A stretch of DNA of 64,000 nucleotides from Pyrinomonadaceae bacterium. Lineage in GTDB: Bacteria > Acidobacteriota > Blastocatellia > Pyrinomonadales > Pyrinomonadaceae. Where the stretch lies: contig JBKBYA010000005.1 of NCBI GenBank assembly GCA_046313635.1, positions 169,529 through 233,528 on the forward strand. The letters run 5' to 3'. The translations under genes and the position numbers were made by a program. Under the pieces are notes generated by a model, which saw only the letters and a program-made list of their open reading frames with translations, had not been told where the DNA came from and made no database searches. Shown here in pieces: positions 18,101-25,891 of this stretch (position 1 is the stretch's first letter; each line of letters begins with the position of its first letter).

Positions 18101-20269
18101 ATGAAACATTTTTCTTCGAGCCCAGGATCGATCCTTGTGTCCGCGGCGTTTATATTTTTGGCGGCGGCATTTTTTATGAAAGACGGAATCGTAACATCAG
18201 CTCAGCAGCAAACCGGCGACTCGACAAACCCATTGACGCAGGCTTGGACGGGGCCGTACGGCGGCGTACCGCCCTTCGACAAGGTGAAGGTCGCCGACTT
18301 TAAACCGGCACTCGAGGCCGCGATGGCGGAGAATCTCGCCGAGGTCGAAAAGATCGCCGGCAGCTCGGCCGCGCCGACCTTTGAAAACACGATCGCCGCG
18401 ATGGAGCGCAGCGGCCGCACGCTCGACCGCGTGCAGGTCATCTATGGCATTTGGGGATCGAATCTCAGCACGCCCGAGTTTCAGGCCGTCGAAGAAGAGA
18501 TGGACCCGAAGCTCGCCGCGCACTACGACAAGATCACTCAGAATCAGGCCCTCTTCAAACGCATCGAGGCGGTCTATGATTCGCCCGCGAGATCAAAGCT
18601 CACGCCCGAGCAGCAGCGGCTGACCTGGCGGTATTACACCAACTTTGTCCGCTCGGGCGCCAAGCTCGACGACAAGGCAAAGGCCCGTCTCTCCGAGATC
18701 AACCAAGCGCTGGCAAAGGCGTTCACAAAATTCAGCCAGAATCTGCTTGCCGACGAGAGCGAGCCGTACCTCGCTCTCAAGACCGAGGACGATCTCGCCG
18801 GTCTGCCGCAGTCGCTGCGCGACAACTATGCAGAGGAGGCCAAACGGCGCAAGGTCGACGCTCTCGGCGCCGTGGCCAACACGCGTTCGTCGATCGAACC
18901 TTTTCTGACGTATTCGAGCCGCCGCGATCTGCGCGAGCAGGCCTGGAAGCTCTTCGTCAACCGCGGTGACAACGGCGACGCGCACGACAACAACCAGATC
19001 ATCAGCGAGATCCTCCAGCTGCGGGCCGAGCGTGCCAAGCTTCTCGGCTTTGCGACCCATGCCCATTACCGTCTCGACAACACGATGGCCAAGACGCCCG
19101 AACGCGCGATGGAGCTGATGGAAGCGGTCTGGAAGCCCGCAGTCGCACGCGTTCGCGAGGAGGTCGCCGATATGCAGGCTCTCGCCGACAAGGAAGGCGC
19201 AAAGATCAAGATCGAGCCGTGGGATTATCGCTACTACGCCGAAAAGGTCCGCAAGGCCAAGTACGATATCGACCAGAATGAAGTCAAGCCATATATGCAG
19301 CTCGATAAGATGCGCGAGGCGATGTTCTGGGTCGCGGGAGAGCTATTCAATTTCAAGTTCACGCCGGTCTCGAATGTGCCCGTCTTTCACCCGGACGTCC
19401 GCGTGTGGGAGGTCACCGAAAAGTCGAGCGGCAAGCACGTCGGCCTTTGGTACTTCGATCCTTTCGCGCGGCCCGGCAAGCGCTCAGGCGCGTGGATGAA
19501 CTCGTACCGCAGCCAGGAGCGAATGGACGGTAAAGAGATCACGACGATCGTCTCCAACAACTCGAACTTCATCAAGGGCAAGCCCGGCGAGCCGGTGCTG
19601 ATCTCTTGGGACGACGCGATCACATTGTTTCACGAGTTTGGCCACGCGCTGCACGGACTGTCTTCGAACACCACCTATCCCTCCCTGTCGGGCACAAACA
19701 CGGCGCGCGACTTTGTCGAGTTCCCTTCGCAGCTGCTCGAGCACTGGGTCGAGACGCCTGAGGTCTTGCAGAAGTACGCCGTTCACTACCAGACGGGCAA
19801 ACCGATCCCGAAGGAACTCGTCGACAAGCTCGAGCGTGCGTCGAAATTCAACCAGGGCTTTGCAACGGTCGAGTATCTCGCGAGCGCTCTGGTCGATATG
19901 AAGCTGCACCTCGCCGGCGACAAAAAGATCGACGTCGACAAGTTCGAACGCGACACGCTCGCCGAGCTCGGAATGCCGAACGAGATCGTGATGCGTCATC
20001 GGCTGCCGCAGTTTGGCCATCTCTTTCAGAGCGACGCATACTCGGCCGGATATTACAGCTATCTCTGGTCCGACGTTTTGAATGCCGACGCCTTTGAGGC
20101 CTTTACCGAAGCCGGCGGCCCGTACGACAAAAAGGTCGCCGAGCGTTTGAAGAAGTACATCTTCAGTGTCGGCGACACGATCGACCCGGCCGAGGCCTAT
20201 CGCAAATATCGCGGCCGCGATCCAAAGGTCGAGGCCCTGATGCGAAAACGCGGTTTCCCGGCGAAGTAG
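18101..20269 (+). CDS. dcp: M3 family metallopeptidase (peptidyl-dipeptidase Dcp), exported
   Basis: FHEFGHALH zinc motif, KRSGAWM, RDFVEFPSQLLEHW, YSAGYYSYLW; GGAGG upstream. Confidence 0.93.
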   Translation: MKHFSSSPGSILVSAAFIFLAAAFFMKDGIVTSAQQQTGDSTNPLTQAWTGPYGGVPPFDKVKVADFKPALEAAMAENLAEVEKIAGSSAAPTFENTIAAMERSGRTLDRVQVIYGIWGSNLSTPEFQAVEEEMDPKLAAHYDKITQNQALFKRIEAVYDSPARSKLTPEQQRLTWRYYTNFVRSGAKLDDKAKARLSEINQALAKAFTKFSQNLLADESEPYLALKTEDDLAGLPQSLRDNYAEEAKRRKVDALGAVANTRSSIEPFLTYSSRRDLREQAWKLFVNRGDNGDAHDNNQIISEILQLRAERAKLLGFATHAHYRLDNTMAKTPERAMELMEAVWKPAVARVREEVADMQALADKEGAKIKIEPWDYRYYAEKVRKAKYDIDQNEVKPYMQLDKMREAMFWVAGELFNFKFTPVSNVPVFHPDVRVWEVTEKSSGKHVGLWYFDPFARPGKRSGAWMNSYRSQERMDGKEITTIVSNNSNFIKGKPGEPVLISWDDAITLFHEFGHALHGLSSNTTYPSLSGTNTARDFVEFPSQLLEHWVETPEVLQKYAVHYQTGKPIPKELVDKLERASKFNQGFATVEYLASALVDMKLHLAGDKKIDVDKFERDTLAELGMPNEIVMRHRLPQFGHLFQSDAYSAGYYSYLWSDVLNADAFEAFTEAGGPYDKKVAERLKKYIFSVGDTIDPAEAYRKYRGRDPKVEALMRKRGFPAK

Positions 20270-20286
20270 CGCGCCGACAAACAAAC

Positions 20287-20388
20287 AACTCGGCGGCCTC
20301 CACGTTCCGGTTCTGCATTCATTGCGTTGAGAAATCCTCAACGCAGTGAATACAGAGAGAGAGACGCGGAGGCCGCCGAGTTTTTATT
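20287..20388. terminator. Long (about 96 nt) hairpin between convergent dcp and ntrX
   Basis: Outer 15 bp perfect stem AACTCGGCGGCCTCC/GGAGGCCGCCGAGTT, inner 19 bp imperfect stem, T-rich tail. Confidence 0.7.
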
Positions 20389-20393
20389 TGTGA

Positions 20394-21746
20394 CTACTTG
20401 CCGTTTATCCCGAGCGTTTTCATTCGCCGGTAGAGATGGCTGCGGTCGATGCCCATATTCTCTGCGGCCTTGGCGACGTTGCCGCCAAATTCGTTGAGCT
20501 TGTGCTGTATGAACTCTCGCTGGTAGGCCTCGACCGCGGCCTTGAATGACGGGTAGTGATAGCTGGCGGCCGGCACCTCGCCCTCGATGCCGAGCGGCGG
20601 CAGGTCTTCGGCGGTGATATTCGTCTTGGCGGTCATGATCACGACGCGTTCGATCGTGTTCTTGAGCTCGCGGACGTTGCCGAGCCAGACGTGCCGCTGG
20701 AGAGCTTCGATGGCGTCGTCGCTGAACTGCTTCGGTTCCTTGCCGTTGTCGAACGAGAACTTGCGATTAAAATGCTCGACCAGCAGCGGTATGTCCTCGA
20801 CGCGCTCGCGCAGCGGCGGCACCTGGAACGGGATGACGTTCAATCGGTAAAAAAGATCGGCTCGAAAGTCGCCGCCCTCGATCAGCGTCTCGAGACGCTT
20901 GTTGGTCGCCGAGATGACGCGAACGTCGACCTTGACCGGCGTGTTGCTGCCGACCGGCTCGAACCTCTGCTCCTCGAGCACGCGCAGCATCTTGGCCTGC
21001 ACACGCGGCGACATATCGCCGATCTCGTCGAGAAAAATCGTCGCTCCGTCGGCGATCTCGAACTTTCCCTTCTTTGCCGTCAACGCGCCGGAGAATGCTC
21101 CCTTCGCGTGGCCGAAGAGCTCCGACTCGACGAGGTCCTCGGGGATCGCCGCCGAATTTATCTCGACGAACGGCATCGCCCGCCGCCGCGAACGCGCGTG
21201 TATCGCGCGTGCGACGAGCTCTTTGCCCGTGCCGCTCTCACCCGAGATCAGCACGCGGCCGTCCGAAGGCGCGACGACATCGATCTGCTTGCGCAGCGCG
21301 CGCATCGCGATCGACTCGCCGACCATCACGTACTCTTCCTGCAGTTCCTTTTGCAGCTCGGCATTAGCAAGCTCGAGCTGTCGCTGGCGGATCGCGTTCT
21401 TCACAGTAACGACCGTGCGTTCGAGGCTGAGCGGCTTTTCGATAAAGTCGAAAGCGCCGAGCTTCGTCGATCGCACCGCCGTCTCGATATTGCCGTGGCC
21501 AGAGATCATCACGACCGCGGCGTCGACGCCGTCGTCGCGGAGCTGCTTTAACGCCTCGAGCCCGTCGATCTCGTCGCCGAGCCAGATGTCGAGGAGAATG
21601 CACGCAAACGTGCTCCGCCGCGCGCGCTCGAGACACTCGCGGCCCGACGCGGCGGTCTCGACCTCAAAGCCCTCGTCCTCGAGCACCGCCCGCAGCGAGT
21701 CGCGTATTCCGGGTTCGTCGTCAACAACTAAAACAAGGTTATGCAT
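20394..21746 (-). CDS. ntrX: NtrX-like response regulator (REC-AAA+-Fis HTH)
   Basis: VVDDE, LLDIWL, MISGHGNIETAV, GESGTGKE, ESELFGH, GAFSGA, DLFYRLNV, C-terminal HTH. Confidence 0.88.
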   Translation of the reverse strand: MHNLVLVVDDEPGIRDSLRAVLEDEGFEVETAASGRECLERARRSTFACILLDIWLGDEIDGLEALKQLRDDGVDAAVVMISGHGNIETAVRSTKLGAFDFIEKPLSLERTVVTVKNAIRQRQLELANAELQKELQEEYVMVGESIAMRALRKQIDVVAPSDGRVLISGESGTGKELVARAIHARSRRRAMPFVEINSAAIPEDLVESELFGHAKGAFSGALTAKKGKFEIADGATIFLDEIGDMSPRVQAKMLRVLEEQRFEPVGSNTPVKVDVRVISATNKRLETLIEGGDFRADLFYRLNVIPFQVPPLRERVEDIPLLVEHFNRKFSFDNGKEPKQFSDDAIEALQRHVWLGNVRELKNTIERVVIMTAKTNITAEDLPPLGIEGEVPAASYHYPSFKAAVEAYQREFIQHKLNEFGGNVAKAAENMGIDRSHLYRRMKTLGINGK

Positions 21747-23924
21747 CTAGCTCTGATGTGCGGCGGGTATCTCGATCACGAATCGCGCTCCCGACGGCTC
21801 GTTGGGCACCGCGACGATCTTTCCCTTATGGTCGCTGATGATGCGGTGAACGATCGCCAGGCCGAGACCGGTGCCGCGTCCTTTGGTCGAAAAGTAAGGC
21901 TGAAACAGCTTCTGAAATGCCGACGGCTCGATGCCGCGACCGTTGTCGGCGACCTCCGCCACGATGACGTCGCGCGCCGCGTCAAACCGTGTCGTTACGG
22001 CGACGACCTTGCCCGCCGCATCGTCGTCAAACGCCTCGATCGCGTTCTCGATCAGATTAACAAAGACGCGCTTGAGCTGCTCTGCGTCGATCAGGGCGTC
22101 GGGCAGGCGCGAGTCGAGCACCGGCTCGAACGCAACATCGTCCAAACGTCCGTCGTAAGCGGCGAGCACGTGTCTTACAACATCGTTCACGTCGCCCGGC
22201 TCGAGCGCGGCGTCGGGCAGACGTGCGAATCGCGAAAATTCGTCGACCATCGCCTTAAGACTGCGGACCTCGCGGAGGATCGTGTCGGTGCCCTCACGGA
22301 CGATCTTTGACGTCTGCAGATCGGGCGCGGCGAGCATCGGCGGAGCGGCGACCGCCGCCGGCTCGACCGCAAAGCGTTTTGCGATACGCTCGGCCGAGAG
22401 TTGTATCGGCGTCAGCGGATTTTTGATCTCGTGAGCCATGCGCCGCGCGACCTCTTGCCAGGCCGCCGCACGCTGCGCCGAGATCAGGTCCGACAGATCC
22501 TCGATGACCAGCACCGCTCCGCCGTCGCCGGGCAGCGCCGTCGCGATCAGAGCGACCGGCAGCGTGCCGTCGCCGGGCGCCCGGCCGGTCATCGTCTCGC
22601 GGCGCAGCGACGTTTGCTCCGCCGCGTGGCCGACGCGTCTTGCACGCGAAACGAGCCGCTCAAAGATACGGCTGTTGTCCTCGCTGACGAGCTTGCTCAG
22701 CTCGAGCCCTCTAAAGTCTGCGGTCTCGAGCGACAAGATGCCGATCGCCGCACGATTGATCGTCGAGACGCGATTGTCTGCGTCGACCGAGATCACGCCG
22801 GTCGGCAGCGACTGCAGAACGGTCTCGATATAGCGCCGCCCGCGCGTGATGGCCTCGGCATTCTCGGCGAGCCGCGCCGACATTTGATTGAATGAATCTA
22901 CCAGCAGCGCCAACTCGTCCTCGGCGAGCACGTCGACCTGATGCCCGAGCTTGCCCTTTGCGATCTCGTCCGCTCCCTCGGCGAGCGCCTTGATCGGCAC
23001 CGCAAGACCGCGAGCGATGTAAAAGGCCGTCCATGTCGAAGCGAAGATCAGCAAAAACGTCAGGACGCCGAGTGTCGATAGCCCGATCTGCCGCACGGTC
23101 AGCTGCTGCTGCTTGAGCAGGTCAAACTCCTGCAGCGATTTATCGACGATGTCGCTGACGCTCGCGTCCTGCGCGAGATCGGGGACGATGATCAGCTTGC
23201 GCCCGCCCGACAGCGGCGCGACCGCCGCGTCAAATCCGCGGCCGTCCTGCAGCAGCGGCTCGTCGATAAGCCCGGCCCGCGCGTAGTCCAAAATTCGCTG
23301 AAGCTCGGCCTGCGCCGCCGCATCGAGCCGCTTGCCGCTCGCCCGCAGCACGCTGCCGTCAGGGCCGAGCATCTCGATCCGCGTCAGGTTGCCCTCGGCG
23401 GCGATCGTCTGCAGGTCGCCGTCGCTCAGCGGCCGCTTTTCGATAACGGCCGCCAGCATACGGGCGGTGCCGGCAAGCCGCTGCGACTGGTCTGCCGTCG
23501 CCTCGCCCTGCACCTCCTTGGCCTGCCGCACGACATTCTCGGGCATCTGCGTGAACCACCGCTCGAGCGCGCGGTTCATAAAAAGGTACGAGAATCCGGC
23601 CATCGCCACGATCGGCAGCAGACTTACCGCGGCAAAGTACAGCAGCAGGCGCGTCTTGATCTTTGAACCGAGCTGCAGCGAGCGGCGCTCGCGCGCGAGC
23701 TTGATGATGCTGCGCAGAAAGATGAAGCCGAAGATGACGAAAGCGATGAAGTTGAGCGACGAGAGCGCGTACAGCAGGAGCGTGTCGCTCGCGGTCTCGA
23801 CGGCAAACGTCTTCCAGACGTTTGACGATTGCAGCAGGATGAGCAGGACCAGCAGGCCGAGTACGACGGCTCCGAGAAGCCACGGAAATCGGCGTCTCGT
23901 TTTAGGCACTCTCTGATCGCTCAT
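21747..23924 (-). CDS. ntrY: NtrY-like sensor histidine kinase (TM, HAMP, PAS, HisKA, HATPase)
   Basis: AAWQEVARRMAHEIKNPLTPIQLSAER, DNGRG, FQPYFSTK, GTGLGLAIV; abuts ntrX. Confidence 0.88.
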   Translation of the reverse strand: MSDQRVPKTRRRFPWLLGAVVLGLLVLLILLQSSNVWKTFAVETASDTLLLYALSSLNFIAFVIFGFIFLRSIIKLARERRSLQLGSKIKTRLLLYFAAVSLLPIVAMAGFSYLFMNRALERWFTQMPENVVRQAKEVQGEATADQSQRLAGTARMLAAVIEKRPLSDGDLQTIAAEGNLTRIEMLGPDGSVLRASGKRLDAAAQAELQRILDYARAGLIDEPLLQDGRGFDAAVAPLSGGRKLIIVPDLAQDASVSDIVDKSLQEFDLLKQQQLTVRQIGLSTLGVLTFLLIFASTWTAFYIARGLAVPIKALAEGADEIAKGKLGHQVDVLAEDELALLVDSFNQMSARLAENAEAITRGRRYIETVLQSLPTGVISVDADNRVSTINRAAIGILSLETADFRGLELSKLVSEDNSRIFERLVSRARRVGHAAEQTSLRRETMTGRAPGDGTLPVALIATALPGDGGAVLVIEDLSDLISAQRAAAWQEVARRMAHEIKNPLTPIQLSAERIAKRFAVEPAAVAAPPMLAAPDLQTSKIVREGTDTILREVRSLKAMVDEFSRFARLPDAALEPGDVNDVVRHVLAAYDGRLDDVAFEPVLDSRLPDALIDAEQLKRVFVNLIENAIEAFDDDAAGKVVAVTTRFDAARDVIVAEVADNGRGIEPSAFQKLFQPYFSTKGRGTGLGLAIVHRIISDHKGKIVAVPNEPSGARFVIEIPAAHQS

Positions 23925-24003
23925 CGCCGAAAAGTTTAGCACACGCGCCGCGGCGCTCCGGTGTTGTCGCCCGCCCGCCGCTCGCGTAGAATCGTGAGAA
24001 TTT

Positions 24004-24936
24004 ATGACCTTTCGAGACGCCTTTTACGATCGGCACGAGCGGCTCAGGAGCGGCTGGCGCGCGGTCTTGTTTCTCTTGCTTTTGGTCCTGCTCGCCGTCT
24101 TTTTAGGCGTGGCCGCCGCGGTCGCGGCGAGTCGTTTGTCGGTCGCAGTCGCTGCCGGCGGCCCGGCGACGCTTGCACTTAACGGCATTGTGACGCTCAT
24201 CGCGTCGCTGGCCGCGGGCTGGCTCTGCGCGCGATCGCTCGAGGGCCTTCCCTTTCGCTCGCTCGGCGCGTCACCGCGTTACAACTGGCTTAGAAATTTG
24301 TCGGCCGGCCTGGCCCTGGGCGGCGTGTCGATCGTGATCGCGGCGGCTCTCGCCGCGGCGTTCGGCGATCTCGATTTTGAATTCAATACCGACGGCGCGC
24401 ACCTTGTCTCCGAAACGCTGTTCGCGTCGCTTGTCGTCTTTACGCTGGCCGCCGCCGCCGAAGAAGCGCTCTTTCGCGGCTACCTGCTGCAGACCCTTTC
24501 ACGCTCGGGCCTGGCGTGGCTGGCGATAGCGCTGACCTCGACATTCTTTGCTCTCGCGCACTCGCGCAATCCGAACGCCAACGCCTTCGCCGTCGCAAAT
24601 ACGGCCCTCGCCGGCATCTGGCTCGGCGTCGCGTATCTCAAGACACGAGACCTATGGTTTCCGTTTGGGATACACCTCGCGTGGAACTGGCTGCAGGGCG
24701 CCGTTTTCGGCATCGAGGTCAGCGGCCTGACCGACGTGACCGCGCATCCGCTGCTGCGAGAGATCGACCGAGGGCCGGCGTGGATCACGGGCGAGAATTA
24801 CGGCATCGAAGCCAGCGTCGCATGCACGATCGCACTGCTGCTCTCTATCATCGCCATCAGTCTCATGCCCGGCATCCGACCGTCCCCCGAATTGAAAGCG
24901 CTGACCTCTCCGCCCCAGTCAGAACCCGCTGCGTAA
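24004..24936 (+). CDS. CPBP (CAAX/Abi) family intramembrane glutamic endopeptidase
   Basis: AEEALFRGY, FALAH, GIHLAWNW; polytopic membrane protein. Confidence 0.88.
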   Translation: MTFRDAFYDRHERLRSGWRAVLFLLLLVLLAVFLGVAAAVAASRLSVAVAAGGPATLALNGIVTLIASLAAGWLCARSLEGLPFRSLGASPRYNWLRNLSAGLALGGVSIVIAAALAAAFGDLDFEFNTDGAHLVSETLFASLVVFTLAAAAEEALFRGYLLQTLSRSGLAWLAIALTSTFFALAHSRNPNANAFAVANTALAGIWLGVAYLKTRDLWFPFGIHLAWNWLQGAVFGIEVSGLTDVTAHPLLREIDRGPAWITGENYGIEASVACTIALLLSIIAISLMPGIRPSPELKALTSPPQSEPAA

Positions 24937-25029
24937 GCGGCGGGCCAGTTCGGCCGATTCGGATACTACGGCCGCCTCTCCAATTCCGCACTCCGCGTTC
25001 GAAGAGCCCTCCCGCTTACGCAGGCGGTT
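24919..25029. repeat. REP-like inverted pair overlapping the CPBP stop codon
   Basis: TCAGAACCCGCTGCGTAAGCGGCGGGC versus GCCCTCCCGCTTACGCAGGCGGTT. Confidence 0.65.
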
Positions 25030-25033
25030 GTGG

Positions 25034-25891
25034 CTAAATGGTTTGGATCTTGAACGAGATATCGACCGCCTTTGCCGAGTGCGTGATGCGGCCGACCGAG
25101 ATGAGATCGACGCCCGCCTCTGCGTACGCGCGGACGCGGTCGAGGTCCATACCGCCCGATGCTTCGATCAGCACATTTGGATTCATATTGCGGGCCATCT
25201 CGACGAGCTTTGCCGTCTCCTCGGGCGTCTGGTTGTCGAGCATGATGATGTCGGCACCGGCGTGGAGCGCTTCGCGAAGCTGCGCCCAATTGGTCACCTC
25301 GACCTCGATCTTGTGCAGGTGACCGGCCGTCTGCTTGGCCATCGTCACCGCCTCTTTGACGCCGCCCGCAAGCGAGATGTGATTGTCCTTGATGAGTATG
25401 CCGTCGTCGAGGCCCATGCGGTGATTGCGCCCCCCACCGACGGTAACGGCGTACTTCTCGAGCAGTCTCAGGCCCGGCGTGGTCTTGCGCGTGTCGACGA
25501 TGACCGCATTTGTACCTTCGACGGCCTTGACGTATGCGCGCGTCAGGGTCGCAACGCCGGACATTCGCTGGATGAGATTGAGCGCGACGCGCTCGCCTGT
25601 GAGCAGCACGTCGGCAAAGCCCTTGAGCGTCGCAAAGGTCGTCCCCGCCTCGACCTCGTCGCCGTCGGCAAAGTTGGTCTCGATCTCCGGAATGTCCGGA
25701 TCGAGACTCAGGAAGACGCCCTCGGCCACCTCGAGTCCGCAGATGACGAGCCGCTCCTTTGCCAGAAAGCGTCCCATCCCGCGCGCCTCTCGGCTCACCG
25801 TCGCATTCGTCGTGATGTCGCCGCGGCCGATGTCCTCGGCGAGAAAGTCGCCGATCGCCGCCATAATTCCGCCGGATTCAAGCCAGTTCAT
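25034..25891 (-). CDS. nadC: Quinolinate phosphoribosyltransferase
   Basis: EDIGRGDIT, ERVALN, DTRKTTPGLR, LIKDNH, IMLDN, EASGG; TGATG overlap with valS. Confidence 0.95.
   Translation of the reverse strand: MNWLESGGIMAAIGDFLAEDIGRGDITTNATVSREARGMGRFLAKERLVICGLEVAEGVFLSLDPDIPEIETNFADGDEVEAGTTFATLKGFADVLLTGERVALNLIQRMSGVATLTRAYVKAVEGTNAVIVDTRKTTPGLRLLEKYAVTVGGGRNHRMGLDDGILIKDNHISLAGGVKEAVTMAKQTAGHLHKIEVEVTNWAQLREALHAGADIIMLDNQTPEETAKLVEMARNMNPNVLIEASGGMDLDRVRAYAEAGVDLISVGRITHSAKAVDISFKIQTI

Noticed and set aside
24004..24936. Abortive-infection defence gene
   Set aside because: The Abi label of the CPBP family is historical; this is an intramembrane protease with no defence context
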